Part shown: piece by piece, positions 39,196-53,590 of the stretch
Layout of the letters: the number at the start of each line of letters is the position of its first letter
Position numbering within the stretch: position 1 is the first letter of the stretch
Assembly (NCBI RefSeq): GCF_006345805.1
Contig: NC_042998.1
Coordinates: 154,876,001-154,940,000, forward strand
Direction of reading: 5' to 3'
DNA: 64,000 bases
Source: Octopus sinensis
Lineage: Eukaryota
Notes under the pieces: model-generated
What the model saw: the letters and a program-made list of their open reading frames with translations, nothing else
What the model was told of the DNA's origin: nothing
Databases searched by the model: none
Translations under genes and position numbers: made by a program

Positions 39196-39261
<66 letters not shown>

Positions 39262-39844
39262 CCTGGCACCTGTGCAGGTGGCACGTAATAAGCACCCACT
39301 ACACTCACGGAGTGGTTGGCGTTAGGAAGGGCATCCAGCTGTAGAAACATTGCCAGATAAGACTGGAGCCTGGTGCAGCCTTCTGGCTTCCCAGATCCCC
39401 GGTCGAACCGTCCAACCCATGCTAGCATGGAGAACGGATGTTAAACGATGATGATGATGATGATGATGATATATATATATATATATATATGTACACACAC
39501 ACATGTATATATATATAACTAATTTCATAATCTCAATTTATGCTGTATTGAGGAGCTCATAAGAAGAGCAAAATGGTGCTATCTACAACTCCTAGGACAC
39601 CTAAAAAGAAAGGAAAAAAGGGAGATTATATGGAAATGTTATTTCAAATGCTATCTTATAATAATGATAAAAAACTTTATAAACCAAAAGTGGTTCTCTC
39701 CCCTTAAAGAGAATCTTCATCCTCTCTTTTATCTCTCTGTAAACTCTCTCTCCCTCTCTTACTCAGGAAGCAACAGTAGGTAGCAGTAGCAAAAGCCCCC
39801 AGTCAAACTCCCCCTCCCACATATACATACATACATACATATAT

Positions 39845-39884
<40 letters not shown>

Positions 39885-40460
39885 CCTTCCAAGTCCTAAG
39901 AGTGGACTTTAAGACAAGTTGCTCATGGGAACTTATAAATGCTGATGACCTGTCAATAAAGCAAAGATAGTGGAAGATTTAAAGAAGAAATTTCAGTTCT
40001 GGAAACAAAACCCTAGAATCAAAAGGCTTCTCAGTAAACTTAGAGAAGACTGAGGTTGTTGTAAGTAAAAAGAGTTGACAGGACTCCAAAACTCACAGGG
40101 AATGGCCATACTCAATATGAAAAAAAAAAACAAATAGGTGAAAATTTCTTGAAAGGTACTCAGTGATTTATGGGTGTGAATAGGAATAGTGGAGTCAGGT
40201 AAAATGACAATGAATAAATACTATGCTTGTGGTAGACATATAAGAGTAGTTAGCCCTCAGAGCACTAAAAAAATATAATCACTAGAATATTCATATGAAG
40301 AAATGCTAGGAGATTCATGTGGAAAGACCCAGTGAAATAGGAAAACCAAGGAAGAAGTGAATAGAACTGGTGAAAGCTGATTTCAGAAAGCTGAACCTTG
40401 CAAAGGTGATGAAAAAGGAATGTAACAAGTGATTGGATGCTGTGTTGGAGATGATTTGTT
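39885..40460 (+). mobile_element. Very degenerate RTE LINE fragment
   Basis: FKT.C.WEL..ADDL and LESKG..VNLEKT remnants. Confidence 0.6.
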
Positions 40461-42579
40461 CTACCTCTGCAAGCATGGAAAAAAATAACATGATGATGAT
40501 GATTGATTGATTGATTGATGGATGGATACATACATACATACATATAAGGTAGACAGACAAACAAAGTGGCCACCTTGATTAAGGTTCTTCTACTATAGCT
40601 TCAGGCTAATCAATGGCTGTATGAATGAAACTCGGTGGGCAGAAACTGTGCAGAAACTTCATGTGTATTTATGTCAATAAGTTATTATACTTATTGACAT
40701 AAACTGGAGTTAAGTTTATGTCAGTAAACTTTTATGACAAATGCACACCTTAGTTATTGAAGCAACAGACTTTAATAAAAGAAGTACAAGACTGAAATAA
40801 ATACCAGAATTAATATGAATGACTAAAAATTTTGAATGAATTATGCATTATGGCTGTAGTCAAATGACTGAAACTAGTCAAAGAAGAGAATATTATGCAT
40901 TTTAGTTTACATATAAAGAACCCTAGTTTGAATCCAGTCCTACCCTACGTACATATGAAGGAACATTGCCATTTGATCATGATCAGTGATGAAGCTAAAT
41001 ATTTTAAAATAGTGATGTAAAAAAAGGTGTAAATATTTTAAAATGGTTATCTCTAAAGATGCAAATAATCATCTGGAAAATTATATGTGAACAAGATGCT
41101 GAGGACATTACTAAGTTCAGGTAAGAGTAGTCAAATATTTATATCTAATTTGAGAAAGAAATAGTTTCCTAGCAATTACAGTTAATGTTCCATTAGTGGG
41201 TTGATATATACTTTTTAAAAGTTTACTTGGTATAATTAATGCTTAATATCATTTATATCTCTAAAAAAAAAAAAAACTAAATAAGGCAGCAAACTGGCAG
41301 AAACGTTAGCAAGCCAGGCGAAATGTATAGTGGTATTTTATCTGCTGTTACATTCTGAGTTCAAATTCCGCCAAAATTGACTTTGCCTTTCATCCTTTTG
41401 GGATCGATTAAATAAGCACCAGTTAAACACTGGGATCAATGTAATTGACTTAATCCCTTTGTCTGTCCTTGTTTGTCCTCTCTATGTTTAGCCCCTTGTG
41501 GGCAATAAAGAAATAAAAAAACTAAACCATTCATGTTAAATACACATGCACACACACCATCATATAGTAATTTGGTGCAATTTTGGATGCAGACTAGGAA
41601 ATTTACAATTTCTTGTGCAGTTATATGAATGTAATGCATAAATACTTAAGAATTGAAAATTTCTTTTTTCATATTTTATTCTCTATCTTATAAGTTCTCT
41701 CTACTAGAGGTACAGTGCTTGAAATTTTGAGAGTGGAGGCAATTGGTTATGTCAACCTCCAACCCTGAAGGGATGAATGGCCAAGTCAACTTTGGTGATA
41801 TTTAAACTCAGAATGTAAAATTGGGAAGAGATACTGCTAAGCATTTCATGCAACATGCTAAAAATTCTGTCAGATCACCGCCTTTCTCTCTCTTATAAGT
41901 ATACATTTTATTTGCACCTTCTTTGTTTAAACATGCATTTAGTACTCAGTCGTAATTTAACCAATAATATATTAAATTTAATTGACATATGAAACATCTG
42001 CAGATATTTTTGAAGCTATGTCAAAATTGATATTCAGAATGTGTTAGATAAAGAAAGAGATGATTTACTGGAAATTGATTTCAAATAGATATTGCATTTT
42101 TGGCACAACACAAAGCTTTTTGAACATGAGAGATATGACAATAAATGAAATAAAATCATAAGTAAAAATTCAAAAAACTAAGATAAAATTCATAACTAAC
42201 AAAAATGAATGAGAAATTTAATAGATTACATTAGTTGAGTACACAATGAAATAAAAAAATTGAGTATAGCATAAAATAAAATTGGTCTAAAGTGAAAAAA
42301 AGTAAGTTAAAATAAACATTAAGAATTATTCTCTAGAAAACATGAAAAACAAAAACAAAATACATTCTAATTTATTATGTCTTTTATTTCCAGCTATTTT
42401 GGAATGATGCAATTTTCTAGAGGAGCTATGTTAGAAGTAGAGTAAATCAAAGCAAACTACTTAATATCTAAGTAAGTCTATCCCATATTGTTGATTAAAA
42501 TTATACTGAAAGCATAAAAGTATCTTCAAAACTGTGCTTCAAAATCCATATGTAAAATAATTGATATTTCTAATTTGGG

Positions 42580-42625
<46 letters not shown>

Positions 42626-42630
<5 letters not shown>

Positions 42631-42872
42631 GTAATTAGGGTTCAGCTAACTGCTTCACTACATACCGAAATTAGAAAAAGGAGTTAAAAATTCCTTTTCT
42701 ACTACTATAAGAATCTCCATGACGGTAAACATACTTTTTTACTAAGGCAAAGAGAAAAACAATGAATCAACACGACCAGGAGATTCTTATAGTAGTAGAA
42801 AAGGAATTTTTAACTCCTTTTTCTAATTTCAGTATGTGGTGAAGCAATTAGCTAAACCCAAATTTTAATTAT
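42626..42872. repeat. Inverted repeat (~93 bp arms, 60 bp spacer) within a (TA)n-flanked insert (42588-43018)
   Basis: GAAATTAGAAAAAGGAGTTAAAAATTCCTTTTCTACTACTATAAGAATCTCC and its reverse complement at 42779-42830. Confidence 0.9.
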
Positions 42873-42988
42873 GTGGATAATTTTACCTATAAAGGTTATT
42901 TTACCGATCTACTTGGTAAAATTGTTAATCAATTAATTGATTAATTAATTAATTAATTTAATTAATAAATTTTACCCTTCTATTATTA

Positions 42989-43019
<31 letters not shown>

Positions 43020-43031
<12 letters not shown>

Positions 43032-43170
43032 GGCATCCTTTTTGTCTCGGGAGACAATGAAGTTGCGCATAAAATAATCTAGTCCGGCTTTTACATTTCA
43101 TGTCCTAATACATTTCCTGTTGTGGCTGTGTAGTCCTATCCTGGACAAACACTCCCTCTGGCAGGTTTAC
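43020..43170 (-). mobile_element. RTE LINE extreme 3' end with (CAA)n tail
   Basis: Near-identical to 8632-8765. Confidence 0.85.
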
Positions 43171-43396
43171 GTGGAATATATATATATATAATAGACAGGA
43201 ATATATATATAATAGACAGATAAACAGATAAACAGACATAAAATCATTTTGTCTGCTTTCCTTTTGGCATTTGTTGGATAGATCATTGCTGCTATCTAAA
43301 ATGGGTTGGAGGACCAAATCTCACTCATAAGTTTCATTTGGGTTTGGTTTCCATGGTTAGGTGCTCTTACTTAATACCAACCACTTTAAAGTGTGC

Positions 43397-43445
<49 letters not shown>

Positions 43446-44804
43446 TGAGAGAGAGTGAGGACACACACATACATTATTAGTTTATGACTTTTGTGTTTAT
43501 ATTGAATATATGTAGTGATAAAAATGTCCTAATATCCAATTTTTCTACAAAACCAGCAAATATGCATTAAAGAAAAAATAGTATCAATGATAGTCCTATT
43601 TTAACAGCTTTTTTCCATGAAACTAACAATAAAGGAAACAATGTATACATCTGTACATCCAAAATAATGCCACTAAAATATTGAAATTCTCATTTACAGT
43701 TTTACATCAGATGCATTTTCCAAGTCACTCTTAACCATCATATTCTGGACGTGTTGAACCAAATTACTTTGTTGCTGGATTAGTCCTTCAAACATATTGT
43801 CCATTTTTATAGCAAGGCCTCTTCTGAATCTAAAAATTAAAAACAAAAATAAATGGAAATTAAATAACTATGTATTGGAGTTATTTCTGGAGCAGAATTG
43901 CATTCTTGTACAATTTCTGTACTATTGTATATTTAAATGTAGTATAAATAGAGATCTATTTATACTACATTTAAATATATATATCCTTAGGATTTTTAAG
44001 ATAGCTTACTTAATATGAGAAAGAATGGTGGTGGATATAGCCTTTTCATGCCATAATTAACTGGGAAGTAGAAAAAAAAAAATGGATAAATATTTATTTG
44101 AACTTTTAGAGCAGTAGTTGTGGAGAAAACATTGGCATTGGCATATGTAAGATGAGGGATTCTAAAAATGTAGGAGAGATCATTTGTAAACAAGAATCAA
44201 CAGAAGAAACAATAGGTAGAGGGGCAGAAACCTTAAGTGCAATGATAGAAGTAATAGAGAGAGAGAGAGAGGGAGATAGTGATGGTATGCAAATGTTTGT
44301 AGTGTGTTGATGAGTGAAAGTTGTGGCATTTACATGTGTGTATGTAAATGTGTGAATATACTCTAGAATGTGTATGTTGTGGAAGATAAGCTTGTATGTC
44401 TAAACAGTACTCCTTTATGAAGCAAAATTGTACTTTGTATAGGATTATCAGTTGTTCTCCAGAAGAACCACAGGCCTTTATCCTGGTCACATATTTAGCT
44501 TTTCTTTTTTTTTTAATTAAAAACGCTTTTTTTCTCTTTTTTTTTTGGCCAGCTCGCCACCTAAATAATAAGAATAATCTTTTTTACTGAAGGACAAAGG
44601 CTGCAATTTTGGGAGAAGAGAATAGTCAAATAAATTAACCCCAGTATCTCACTAGTACTCAATTTATCAACCCCCAAAATATGAAAGGCAAAGTCAATCT
44701 CGGCGCAATTTGAATTCAGAATGTAAAGATGGATGAAATATCACCAAGCGCCCTGCCCAATGTGTGAATGATTCCCCCAGCTTGCTGCTAAATTGTAATA
44801 ATAA

Positions 44805-45140
44805 GATACCCATCAGTCAAGAATGACCATGGGATTGCACCTAGAAAGTTACCCTCCAAGGCACAAGTCTGGACAAGGTTGTTTATGGAAGATCAGCAGT
44901 CACCCAAGCATACCAGCCTCTGGTCTCCATGCCACTGATGTTATCCAAGGGAAAGGCAAAGGCCAAAATAGCTTGGCATCAGTGACGTTGCAACTCATTT
45001 CTACAGCTGAATGAAATGGAGCAACATGAAATAAAATGTTTGCTCAAGAACACAACACACAACCCAGTCTGGGAATCAAACTCAGTACCTCATGATTGTG
45101 AGCCCGATGCTCTAATCACTGAGCCATGCACCTTCACTAA
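44805..45140 (-). mobile_element. SINE fragment
   Basis: tRNA-like end GGGAATCAAACTCA.TACCTCATGATTGTGAGCCCGATGCTCTAATCACTGAGCCA. Confidence 0.6.
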
Positions 45141-45154
45141 TAATAATAATAATG

Positions 45155-45197
<43 letters not shown>

Positions 45198-45314
45198 CAC
45201 TACCACTACCCCCACCCATTCTACTGTTGCCGGTGTAGCAACCACTGCTGCTACTACACATAAAAACAATAATATAGGTGATAACAGTGATGATAATAAT
45301 AATAATAATAATAA

Positions 45315-48300
45315 TGAAAGGAAATGGGTGGAGCCTCCTCCTCCTCATGAGCTGATTAATGATACATCTAGTGATGGTGTCACTATAAAAACACTGGTAA
45401 TTGCACAACCTGATAATCGCGAACTCATATGAGTGACAATGAAAAAACAAAATATTGTGAGTAATGAAACTGAAGCCAATGATGGTGACAGTGTTACACC
45501 CGGTAGGCTAAGAGATTCTGGTCCAGCTCCAGCCTGTCGATATCCAGAAATAGATCACCACACATGACATAGATGGCGCAAGCAAATTAATGCTGTGGTC
45601 ATGGAGTGTTACTAACTGAGCAGCCCGGTAGATGTAAATGGTGCTCAAATTAGGGGTTACCAACAACATATGTATGATCATAGGAGAGAAAAGGGATTGT
45701 TTCAACTCACAGAACAGAGACTTTGTGATGAAGCTAGAGCAATAGGGAAAAATTGTTGGTTCACAGCAGAGATAACAATGAAAATACAGCTCTTACTAAT
45801 AAGTGTAATCCATAGCACAGGAAAGGAGCAGTGGTAGTTTACTTGATGAGAGACATATAGATGATCTAAAAGATGACAATAAAACTAATGGCGACATGAC
45901 AGATGAACAAATGGCAATCTATGACAGAATAAAAGCAAGACTACAGGAGAACGATAGCGACATTATTTGCAACCTTAAAAAGGTTGATTGATAGAAATTG
46001 CACCAAGAATCGAAATGAAATTCTGAAATACATCAGAACAAACATCACAGAAACAAATAATTTGATCAAGGCAGTAAGTATTGTTGTAGCAGAAACGTGG
46101 GTGTTGATGTCAAGAAAAAGAAACATAATGGGAGTGACAAAAGAAAAGATCCATGGTGGAAAAGAAGAATCCAGGTAGGGTTAGACATGCTCTTGAAGGA
46201 AATCTCTGTATTAGACCAAAAAGAGCAAGGGGAGCTTAAAAGCAAACAAAAATACAGGGTGCTGTAAAGGAAGTATAATATTGTAAGAAAGGGCCTGAAA
46301 GTAGTAGTGGAGGAACTGAAACAGTGCCTCATTGCAAAGAAAGCAAAGGTGGTAAGATATGACCAAAGAATGAAGGGTTACCATCAGAATAGGTCATTCA
46401 GAGTAGATCAGAAGAGATTCTATAAAGAGGTGAAAAGTTGATACCAGATAACATTGAAAGTCAAAAGTTTTGGAGTGACATCTGGAGCAAAGCCAAGGTG
46501 CATAAGAAGGATGTTGAATGGTTGCAAGAACTGAAACAAACAGTAGTCTGTCCAAAACAGGCAGAACTAGTCATTTCAGTTAAGGAAGTGAAGGAAATCA
46601 GCAAAAAACGAGCAACTGGAAGGCCCTGGGACCAGATGGAGTTCAAGGCTACTGGAACAAAAGATTTGGTGAATGTCATGCACAAAGAGCTGCACAACTC
46701 AACACCTTGATAAATACCGACCAAGGAACACCAGAGTGGTTGACATTGGGTAGGACAGTGTTGTGCCTGAAAAACATTGAAAAAGGCAATACGATAAACA
46801 ATTACAGGCCGATATCCTGTTTGCCACTTATGTGGAAGTTATTGAGTGGAATACTCGCAGAGTCAATGTATGAATGTCTGGAAAAAGATGGAGTCCTGCC
46901 ACATGGGCAGAAGGGTTCCAAGCATAAGTGCAGAGGTACCAAGGATAGACAAAACTGTACTTAGAGACTGCAAGAGGAGGAAAAGTAACTTAGCCATGTC
47001 ATGGATCGACTATCGTAAGGCATATGATATGATCCCACATATTTGGATTTGGAGTGTATGAACCTATTTGGTATTGCATCAAATGTTGAGTGACTGCTTG
47101 GTAAAAATATGGCGAATTGGAGGACGGACCTGACAGCATGCGGAAGAAGTTTAGGGACAGTAGAAATTTGGAGGGGCATCTTCCAAGGGGACTGCCTGTC
47201 CCCACTGATCTTTGTACTGTGCTTGATACCACTAACACTGATTCTGAGGAAAGCAAAAGCTGGGTATGTATTCAAAAGCCGCCAGCAAAAAGTCAACCAT
47301 TTGTTATTCATAGATGACCTCAAACTTTATGGTAAAGATGAAGCCCAAGTCAGTTCCCTTGCTGATACAGCATATACCTTCAGTGCTGATATCAGAATGG
47401 AGTTTGGACTGAGAAAGTGTGGTGTCTTGAAGAGAGGCAAAATCAAATGTATGGATGGGCTAATGATACCATTGGGGGAGGTTATCAAGCAGATAGAAAA
47501 GACAGGCTATAAGTACTTGGGGATACTGGAAATGGATAAATTGATGGAGAAAGAAATGACTGAAAAATTTAAGGTGGAGTACTTGTGCGGACTGAGACTG
47601 ATCCTTAGGTTGAAATTAAATGGATGGAATAAGATTGAAGCTATCAACACTTGGGCTCCTTAGATATGGAGCAGGGGTAATCACATGGACAGTAGACGAA
47701 CTAAACAGCTTAGACAGAAAGACAAGGGAGTTGCTAACTAGATATGGGTTACTCCACCCAAAAAGTGACACAGACAGACTGTATGTACCAAGAAAAAGAG
47801 GGGGAAGAGGACTTACTGAATGTGAACACAGCATTAGAGCAGAAGAAAACAACATAGCATGGTATGTAAAGAATGCCACAGAACTGCTATTATTAGGAGT
47901 AGGAAGGTCAAGCTTGTGTAGGATGAAAGATTGCAAAGATAAAGCACTATACAAGAAATTGAAAATGAATGAAACTGAAAATAGGTGGGTAAAGAAAAGA
48001 AAGCATAGTCAATTTCATAGGGATGTTGAAGATAGACAGACAGAGAAAAAAGATGGCTGTGGATGACTAAAAGTGATTTAAAACTGGAAACAGAGGCTCT
48101 AATCTGTGCTGTCCAAGAGCAAGCACTAAGAACAAACTATATAAAATACAGAATAGACAACATAGCAGAAATCTGTGGACAAAACAGTGAAACTGTATGG
48201 CATATTACCAGCCACTAGCCCAGAAGGAATATAAGAGATGCCACGACAATATAGCCAGGCTTGTCCATTGGACACCCTGCAACAAGTATGGACTTGACAG

Positions 48301-48800
48301 AGCAAAAAATTGGTACGACCACAAACCTGAAGGCATCATCGAAAATAGAAATGCAAAGATCCTATGGGATTTTATGATTCAGTCTGACCATGAGATAGAG
48401 AACAGGAAGCCAGACATAATCTTAATTGAGAAAGAAAACAAACTATGCTGGATCATAGATATAGCATGCTCAGCTGACAACAAGGTATGCAATAAGGAAG
48501 AAAGAAAAGTTGAGAGATATGACAGGTTAGCTTGGAAAGTTAAGCAGTTGTGGTCGATGAAAAAGGTAGCAGTAGTACCAGTAACTGTTGGAGCCCTGGG
48601 AACAGTGAGCAAAAATCTCGAGAAGTACATGGAACAAATAAGGGTGGAGCACTTGCAGAAAACAGCACTGTTTGGAACTGCTCGAATACTCTGGAAGGTG
48701 CTTGAAAAATAAGAGGTGTTACCTTAGTTCATTGGTAGTGAACAGCTGGCAGTGTAGTACATCTCCAGCGTTAGAAGCTGTGCAAAGGCAATGATGATGA
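45315..48800 (+). mobile_element. Near full-length degenerate R4/Dong-clade LINE (RT plus C-terminal restriction-like endonuclease) in a (TAA)n microsatellite
   Basis: NYRPISCLP, WIDYRKAYDM.PH, GIFQGD.LSPL.F, HLLFIDDLKLY, YKYLG, (R)HDNIAR.VHW, KPDI...IIDIAC..D...K..RY..L; (AAT)n on both flanks. Confidence 0.9.
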
Positions 48801-48811
48801 TAATAATAATG

Positions 48812-48843
<32 letters not shown>

Positions 48844-49540
48844 GATAATAATGGCTTCCAATTTAAACACAAGTGAGCAAATTTTGTGGAAGGAAGTCAG
48901 TTGATGATGTCAATCAACCACAAAAACGATGGAAGGTAAGGTAGAGATTGAAATCTCGCCTTGGTGAGATTTCAAATCAAGAATGTGAAGGGCTGGGGAG
49001 TTGGGGATGCTACACAGCAATTTTACCTATGCTCTAACAATTCTCCTTGCTTGTTTAATAATTGTTTCAAATTTTGGCACAAGGAACAACAATTTTCAAG
49101 GGTGGAAGTTAGTCAATTCTGAGGGGAGGGGCATTTCTTGAAGCTCCCTGTCATTTGTCAATGAGGTAGTCTGAAAAGAGGGTGTCACAGAATCGGTTTT
49201 CTGTCAATCAGGTAGCCTCAGCTGAGGGGCATAGGCCAAGATAATGGTTGCTAACCCATGATGAAGCACTAATCTGATCTTAAGTATTCTTTCACATACT
49301 CTGACTACCTAATACACCACTAAATCTCTATAAATACATTCTTTCATGGCAATCATATATCTATAACCTAAGAACTCTTTTAAAGGCAACAAAATGTTTA
49401 ACAAAGCACAAACTTGTGCAACTGCCAAAAGCACATATGAACATTCTGTAAAGCATTAAAAATGGCAATCTGCCTTTAAACAATCTTTCTCTCGTAAACA
49501 CACACAGACATTAACCTGAAGGCATGCTGTATCACCCTTC

Positions 49541-49850
49541 TGTTGTTGTTGTTGTTAAACAACAAGACAGGTAAGGGTGATTTCACTGTGTCTGTTCTGT
49601 GGGTTGGGAGACATCTGGCAGGTCGGGAGCGGAAGTCCACTTTTCCCAGATCCGACGGACAAGGAGAGGGTCACTGGCCAGAGTGTCCGGGGGGGGGGGG
49701 GGGGCATTTGCGGCGGGCAATGGATCCATGGGCAGTCGTAGATGACATGCTCTGCTGTCTCCTCTCCCACTCCGCAATTTCTGCAGGTTCTGTCTATGGG
49801 GTTCGGTTGATCTTGTAGAGCCAGTACTTGAGGTCCGGGTACGACCAATG
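49541..49850 (-). mobile_element. LINE 3' end with CCHC zinc knuckle and (CAA)n tail
   Basis: CRNCGVGEETAEHVIYDCP; flanked by TGTTGTTGTTG on both sides. Confidence 0.75.
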
Positions 49851-51957
49851 TTGTTGTTGTTGCCACTGCTGCTGTCACTGCCACCACAAAGGTCTTCTGA
49901 ATCTCTGAATTGTGTACCACTTAATAGAGTGACTAGCTATCTGTACCTCACTCCGCAAACCTCCACAAACCAAACACTTTATACACTTTTTCTCAAGAAC
50001 TGAAACCCACTTGAATTCATTTTTTACCCATATCTTTCTCCCAAAACAAACAACCTGCAAAATAACATCATCAACAACACCAGTCTAGTAGGATATGCAA
50101 TGTACTTTCCTTTTATCTCAAAGATTAGCAAGACATAATGTTCAGAAATAACACCAAACAAAAATGAATTTACATTTAGCACCCATCTGTCCTAGAGCAA
50201 TGTTATAATGCATAAGAAAATTGGAAGACTACATTAAAAATTGAAGGTTTTCAGTTCAACCTTAGATTCAGGAAATGTGTGTACATAGATCCATACATAT
50301 GCATCTAAATATGGTAATTGAAAATAATCCAAAAATTATCTACTTCAAAAACAGTATAATAGTAAAATTGTATAATAAATAATACAATTTAAACTGCATG
50401 AAAAATATTAAGAAAACCTATACTGCTTATACAAACTAAGGCTATTATCATTACATATTTACATGCAAGTGAAATACCAATTGTTAGTAGATTTATTATA
50501 AAATTTATAAGAATTTAAATCCTTCTATTCATTTTGACAGCTTGAAATGATTTGTTCTGTAGCCATTTTAAAATTATTCCTTTATATTAAAAGTTGTAAT
50601 ATCAAAACTATAACATATTTCAAAAAGCAAGTTCTTACCATGTTTTTAATACAATTCAAGTTATAAGGAAATAAAAAAACCAATGCAAGTTTAAAAACTA
50701 ATGCTATTTCATTTATTAAAACAAAAACCAAAATTGGAAAATATATTTTATTATTTCTCCAAGAAAAAAAAATTGATCAAAATAAAACATTTGTTTAAAA
50801 AATAGAATGCAACAATCCCACTGTATGGTTTCTTGAGCAAATGTCATTTTCTATAGCTTTGCATAGACATACATTGTATCTATGCAAAGTTATGAAAGTA
50901 GATGAAAACTGGAAAGAAGCATGTTGGGTGCATTGTACTCCATTTCAAAGGGTACAACCTTATTACATACACACTGTCATATGTGTTGGTGAAAACCTCA
51001 ACCACTTACATGTTAATTCAGGAACAGATAAATCTGTTGATCAAATAACTGAATCCTCATTAGCAAACAAGAGATCCATCATTACCATCACCATCACCAC
51101 ACACACACTACTAAAGCAAATGTGTAGCTGTGTGGTTAACCAGTTTGTTTTGCCACATGTGATTTTGGGTTCTTTCCTATTACATGGCAACATAAAGAAG
51201 TGTCTTGTGTCTATCAAAGACTCTCATTCATTGATGAGGAATGGATACTAAACCATATACACATGTACATAAATTTTAAAATTTAAGAAACATGACACAT
51301 TAGGTTTATTAATAATGAGACATATTGTTTAAGAGAGACACATATGTGAAGTAACGAAACAGAAACTGAAAATAATTTTAAACAGATCATCAAATCTTCA
51401 TCAATGTTGTGATATGGTATAAAGGGACTTTAGTGCTGAATTTCTCTGAATGGCTTCATTTGATGTCATTCTTATGAGCCTTAACATTCTTAAATCTGGT
51501 AACTACTTTTAAGTTTTTTTTGGTCACTACCACATGTAAATTTTACAATCCATTCACATAGCTTGCATTATCAATTCACATGTGTTCCTATCACCATTCC
51601 TGTAAAAATTAACTGTTATCTTTGAGACATACTCATTTTCTCAGAATTATTTATCACCTTTTCTTGTAAATTAAACATTACACATCCAAAACGAAATATT
51701 CTGTTTACTAATTTTCAGTAATTGTCTGCACCCACTGAACATATTTCTCTATCTGCATGATTTTTTTTATTGACTGTATTCTTTTAGTCTTTTATTTGTT
51801 TCAGTCATTTAACTGAGGCCATGCTGGAGCACCACCTTTAGTCGAATAAATTGACCCCTGGGCTTATTCTTTTGCCGGACCACTAAGTTACAGGGATGTA
51901 AACACACCAACATTGGTTGTCAAGCAATGGTGGGGGAAAAACACAGACATATAAACA

Positions 51958-51977
<20 letters not shown>

Positions 51978-52001
<24 letters not shown>

Positions 52002-52165
52002 ATGGGCTTCTTTCAGTTTCGGTCTACCAAATCCACTTACAAGGCTTTGGTTGGCCTGAGGCTATAGTGGAAGACACTTGCCGAAGGTGCCATGTAGTGG
52101 GACTGAACCTGGAACTGTGTGGTTAGTAAGCAAGCTATTTATCACACAGCCACTCCTGTGCCTAT
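51978..52165 (-). mobile_element. tRNA-derived SINE
   Basis: Minus strand GGAGTGGCTGTGTGATAA.TAGCTTGCTT...CCAGGTTCAGTCCCACT head. Confidence 0.7.
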
Positions 52166-53064
52166 GGTATCTTTTTTGAAATATATATGACAAATAGTGA
52201 TTCATGGTGTTTTTCATTCATCTCTAGCACATCAGGTTCTCAAGTTATACAAAAATATTACTCTTACCTTATATTTAACTATCTAATTCATTTTCCCTTA
52301 TTTTCAGATTGTGAATATATCTAGAGGCTGCATAAATTCACCCCTTCAGATACCTTGAGTAATATTACTCCTTTGTTGAAGTGCAGTCATTTAGCTTACT
52401 GTAAAACCTCATGTAATTTGCACACCTGTGTAATTTACGCAGGTGATTTTCAAGATAAAAATTGTTAAAAATAGCCTCTACTCATTTTAAATTCACATCC
52501 AAAAGTTTTCAGAAAAGGGGAAAAGGTTTTCAATTTAGTTGTATTTAGCATAATTTCACTTACTAATGATTAGATTTTATAAAATTTTCATTAAAACAGG
52601 TATCACATTAAAAGCTATTAAATTACAAAGTGTTTGTGTTGTCTATATAAATAAAATCGGTTTTGTAGGACTGACATGTGTCAGTCTGTTTTACTCGCCC
52701 AGTATACTTTCCTTCTCCTGACAAAGTCAGTTGCTTTAGCCACTCAGTATACCCTTCTCCTCCCTTGATGTTATAATAATAATTTATAATAATAAATAAA
52801 TGAAAAATATGATGCTGATTCTGTGTGTTTTTGCATGCATGTAACAGTATGAGACTGTGTGTTTTAGTGTGTTTGTGTAGGCGTAACAGTATGAAATTGC
52901 GTATTTATATGTATACATAACTGTATGAGACTCTGTGTGTGTTTGTATGTGCATGCATGCATGTACCTGTATGAGACTGTGTTTGTGTGTCTCCATGTAA
53001 CCAGAAATAACCGAAGTATTATTTTACAAATTGTGAGCCTGTATATATGATATAATGAAGGAAA

Positions 53065-53355
53065 TTGTTATATACTGTGCTCAGGTGCACTACAACTAAA
53101 ACAAAAGAAAAAAAAGCCATCAGGTGTACTGTTGGTGGATTTCAGGAAGCATGGAAGTTTTGAAGGAAGTAGTGTCTTGATAGCTAACAACAGATGCAGG
53201 TAATTTATTCCATGCTTCAGTAATTCTGAGCATGAAAAAATGTTTCTGAAAGTCATGGGTGTTGTGTTGTTTTTTGATTTTATAAGCATGTCCATGAGTG
53301 TTTATCATATGAAATTCAAAAAGGTACCCAAGGTTGTTGTTGGAAAGATGGTGGA
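53065..53355 (-). mobile_element. CR1-like LINE 3' end
   Basis: NTHGHAYKIKKQH...KHFFMLRITEAWNKLP. Confidence 0.75.
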
Positions 53356-53590
53356 TTTCTTTATAATAAACTTTATTTTACATTTCTTGCCCACATGAGA
53401 TTATGTCCAATCTCTAGCATATAGCTGTATGTCTTCTCTAACCACAATCACAGGAAAAGTTGTTGATAAGAATTATCAACCAAAACAAAGCTGATAGATA
53501 TGCACAGGTATTGCAAATTAAGTTTAATTACCAATAATGGCACTTTACTCAACTGAGAAAATATGTAAAATATGGCCAGGGCCGTGATTA

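Noticed and set aside
45016-45450. Poly-Asn and poly-Ile ORFs
   Set aside because: (AAT)n microsatellite joined to SINE and LINE ends
50841-51251. 136 aa ORF as a host gene
   Set aside because: No recognisable motif or splice context; runs through SINE-like and simple-repeat sequence
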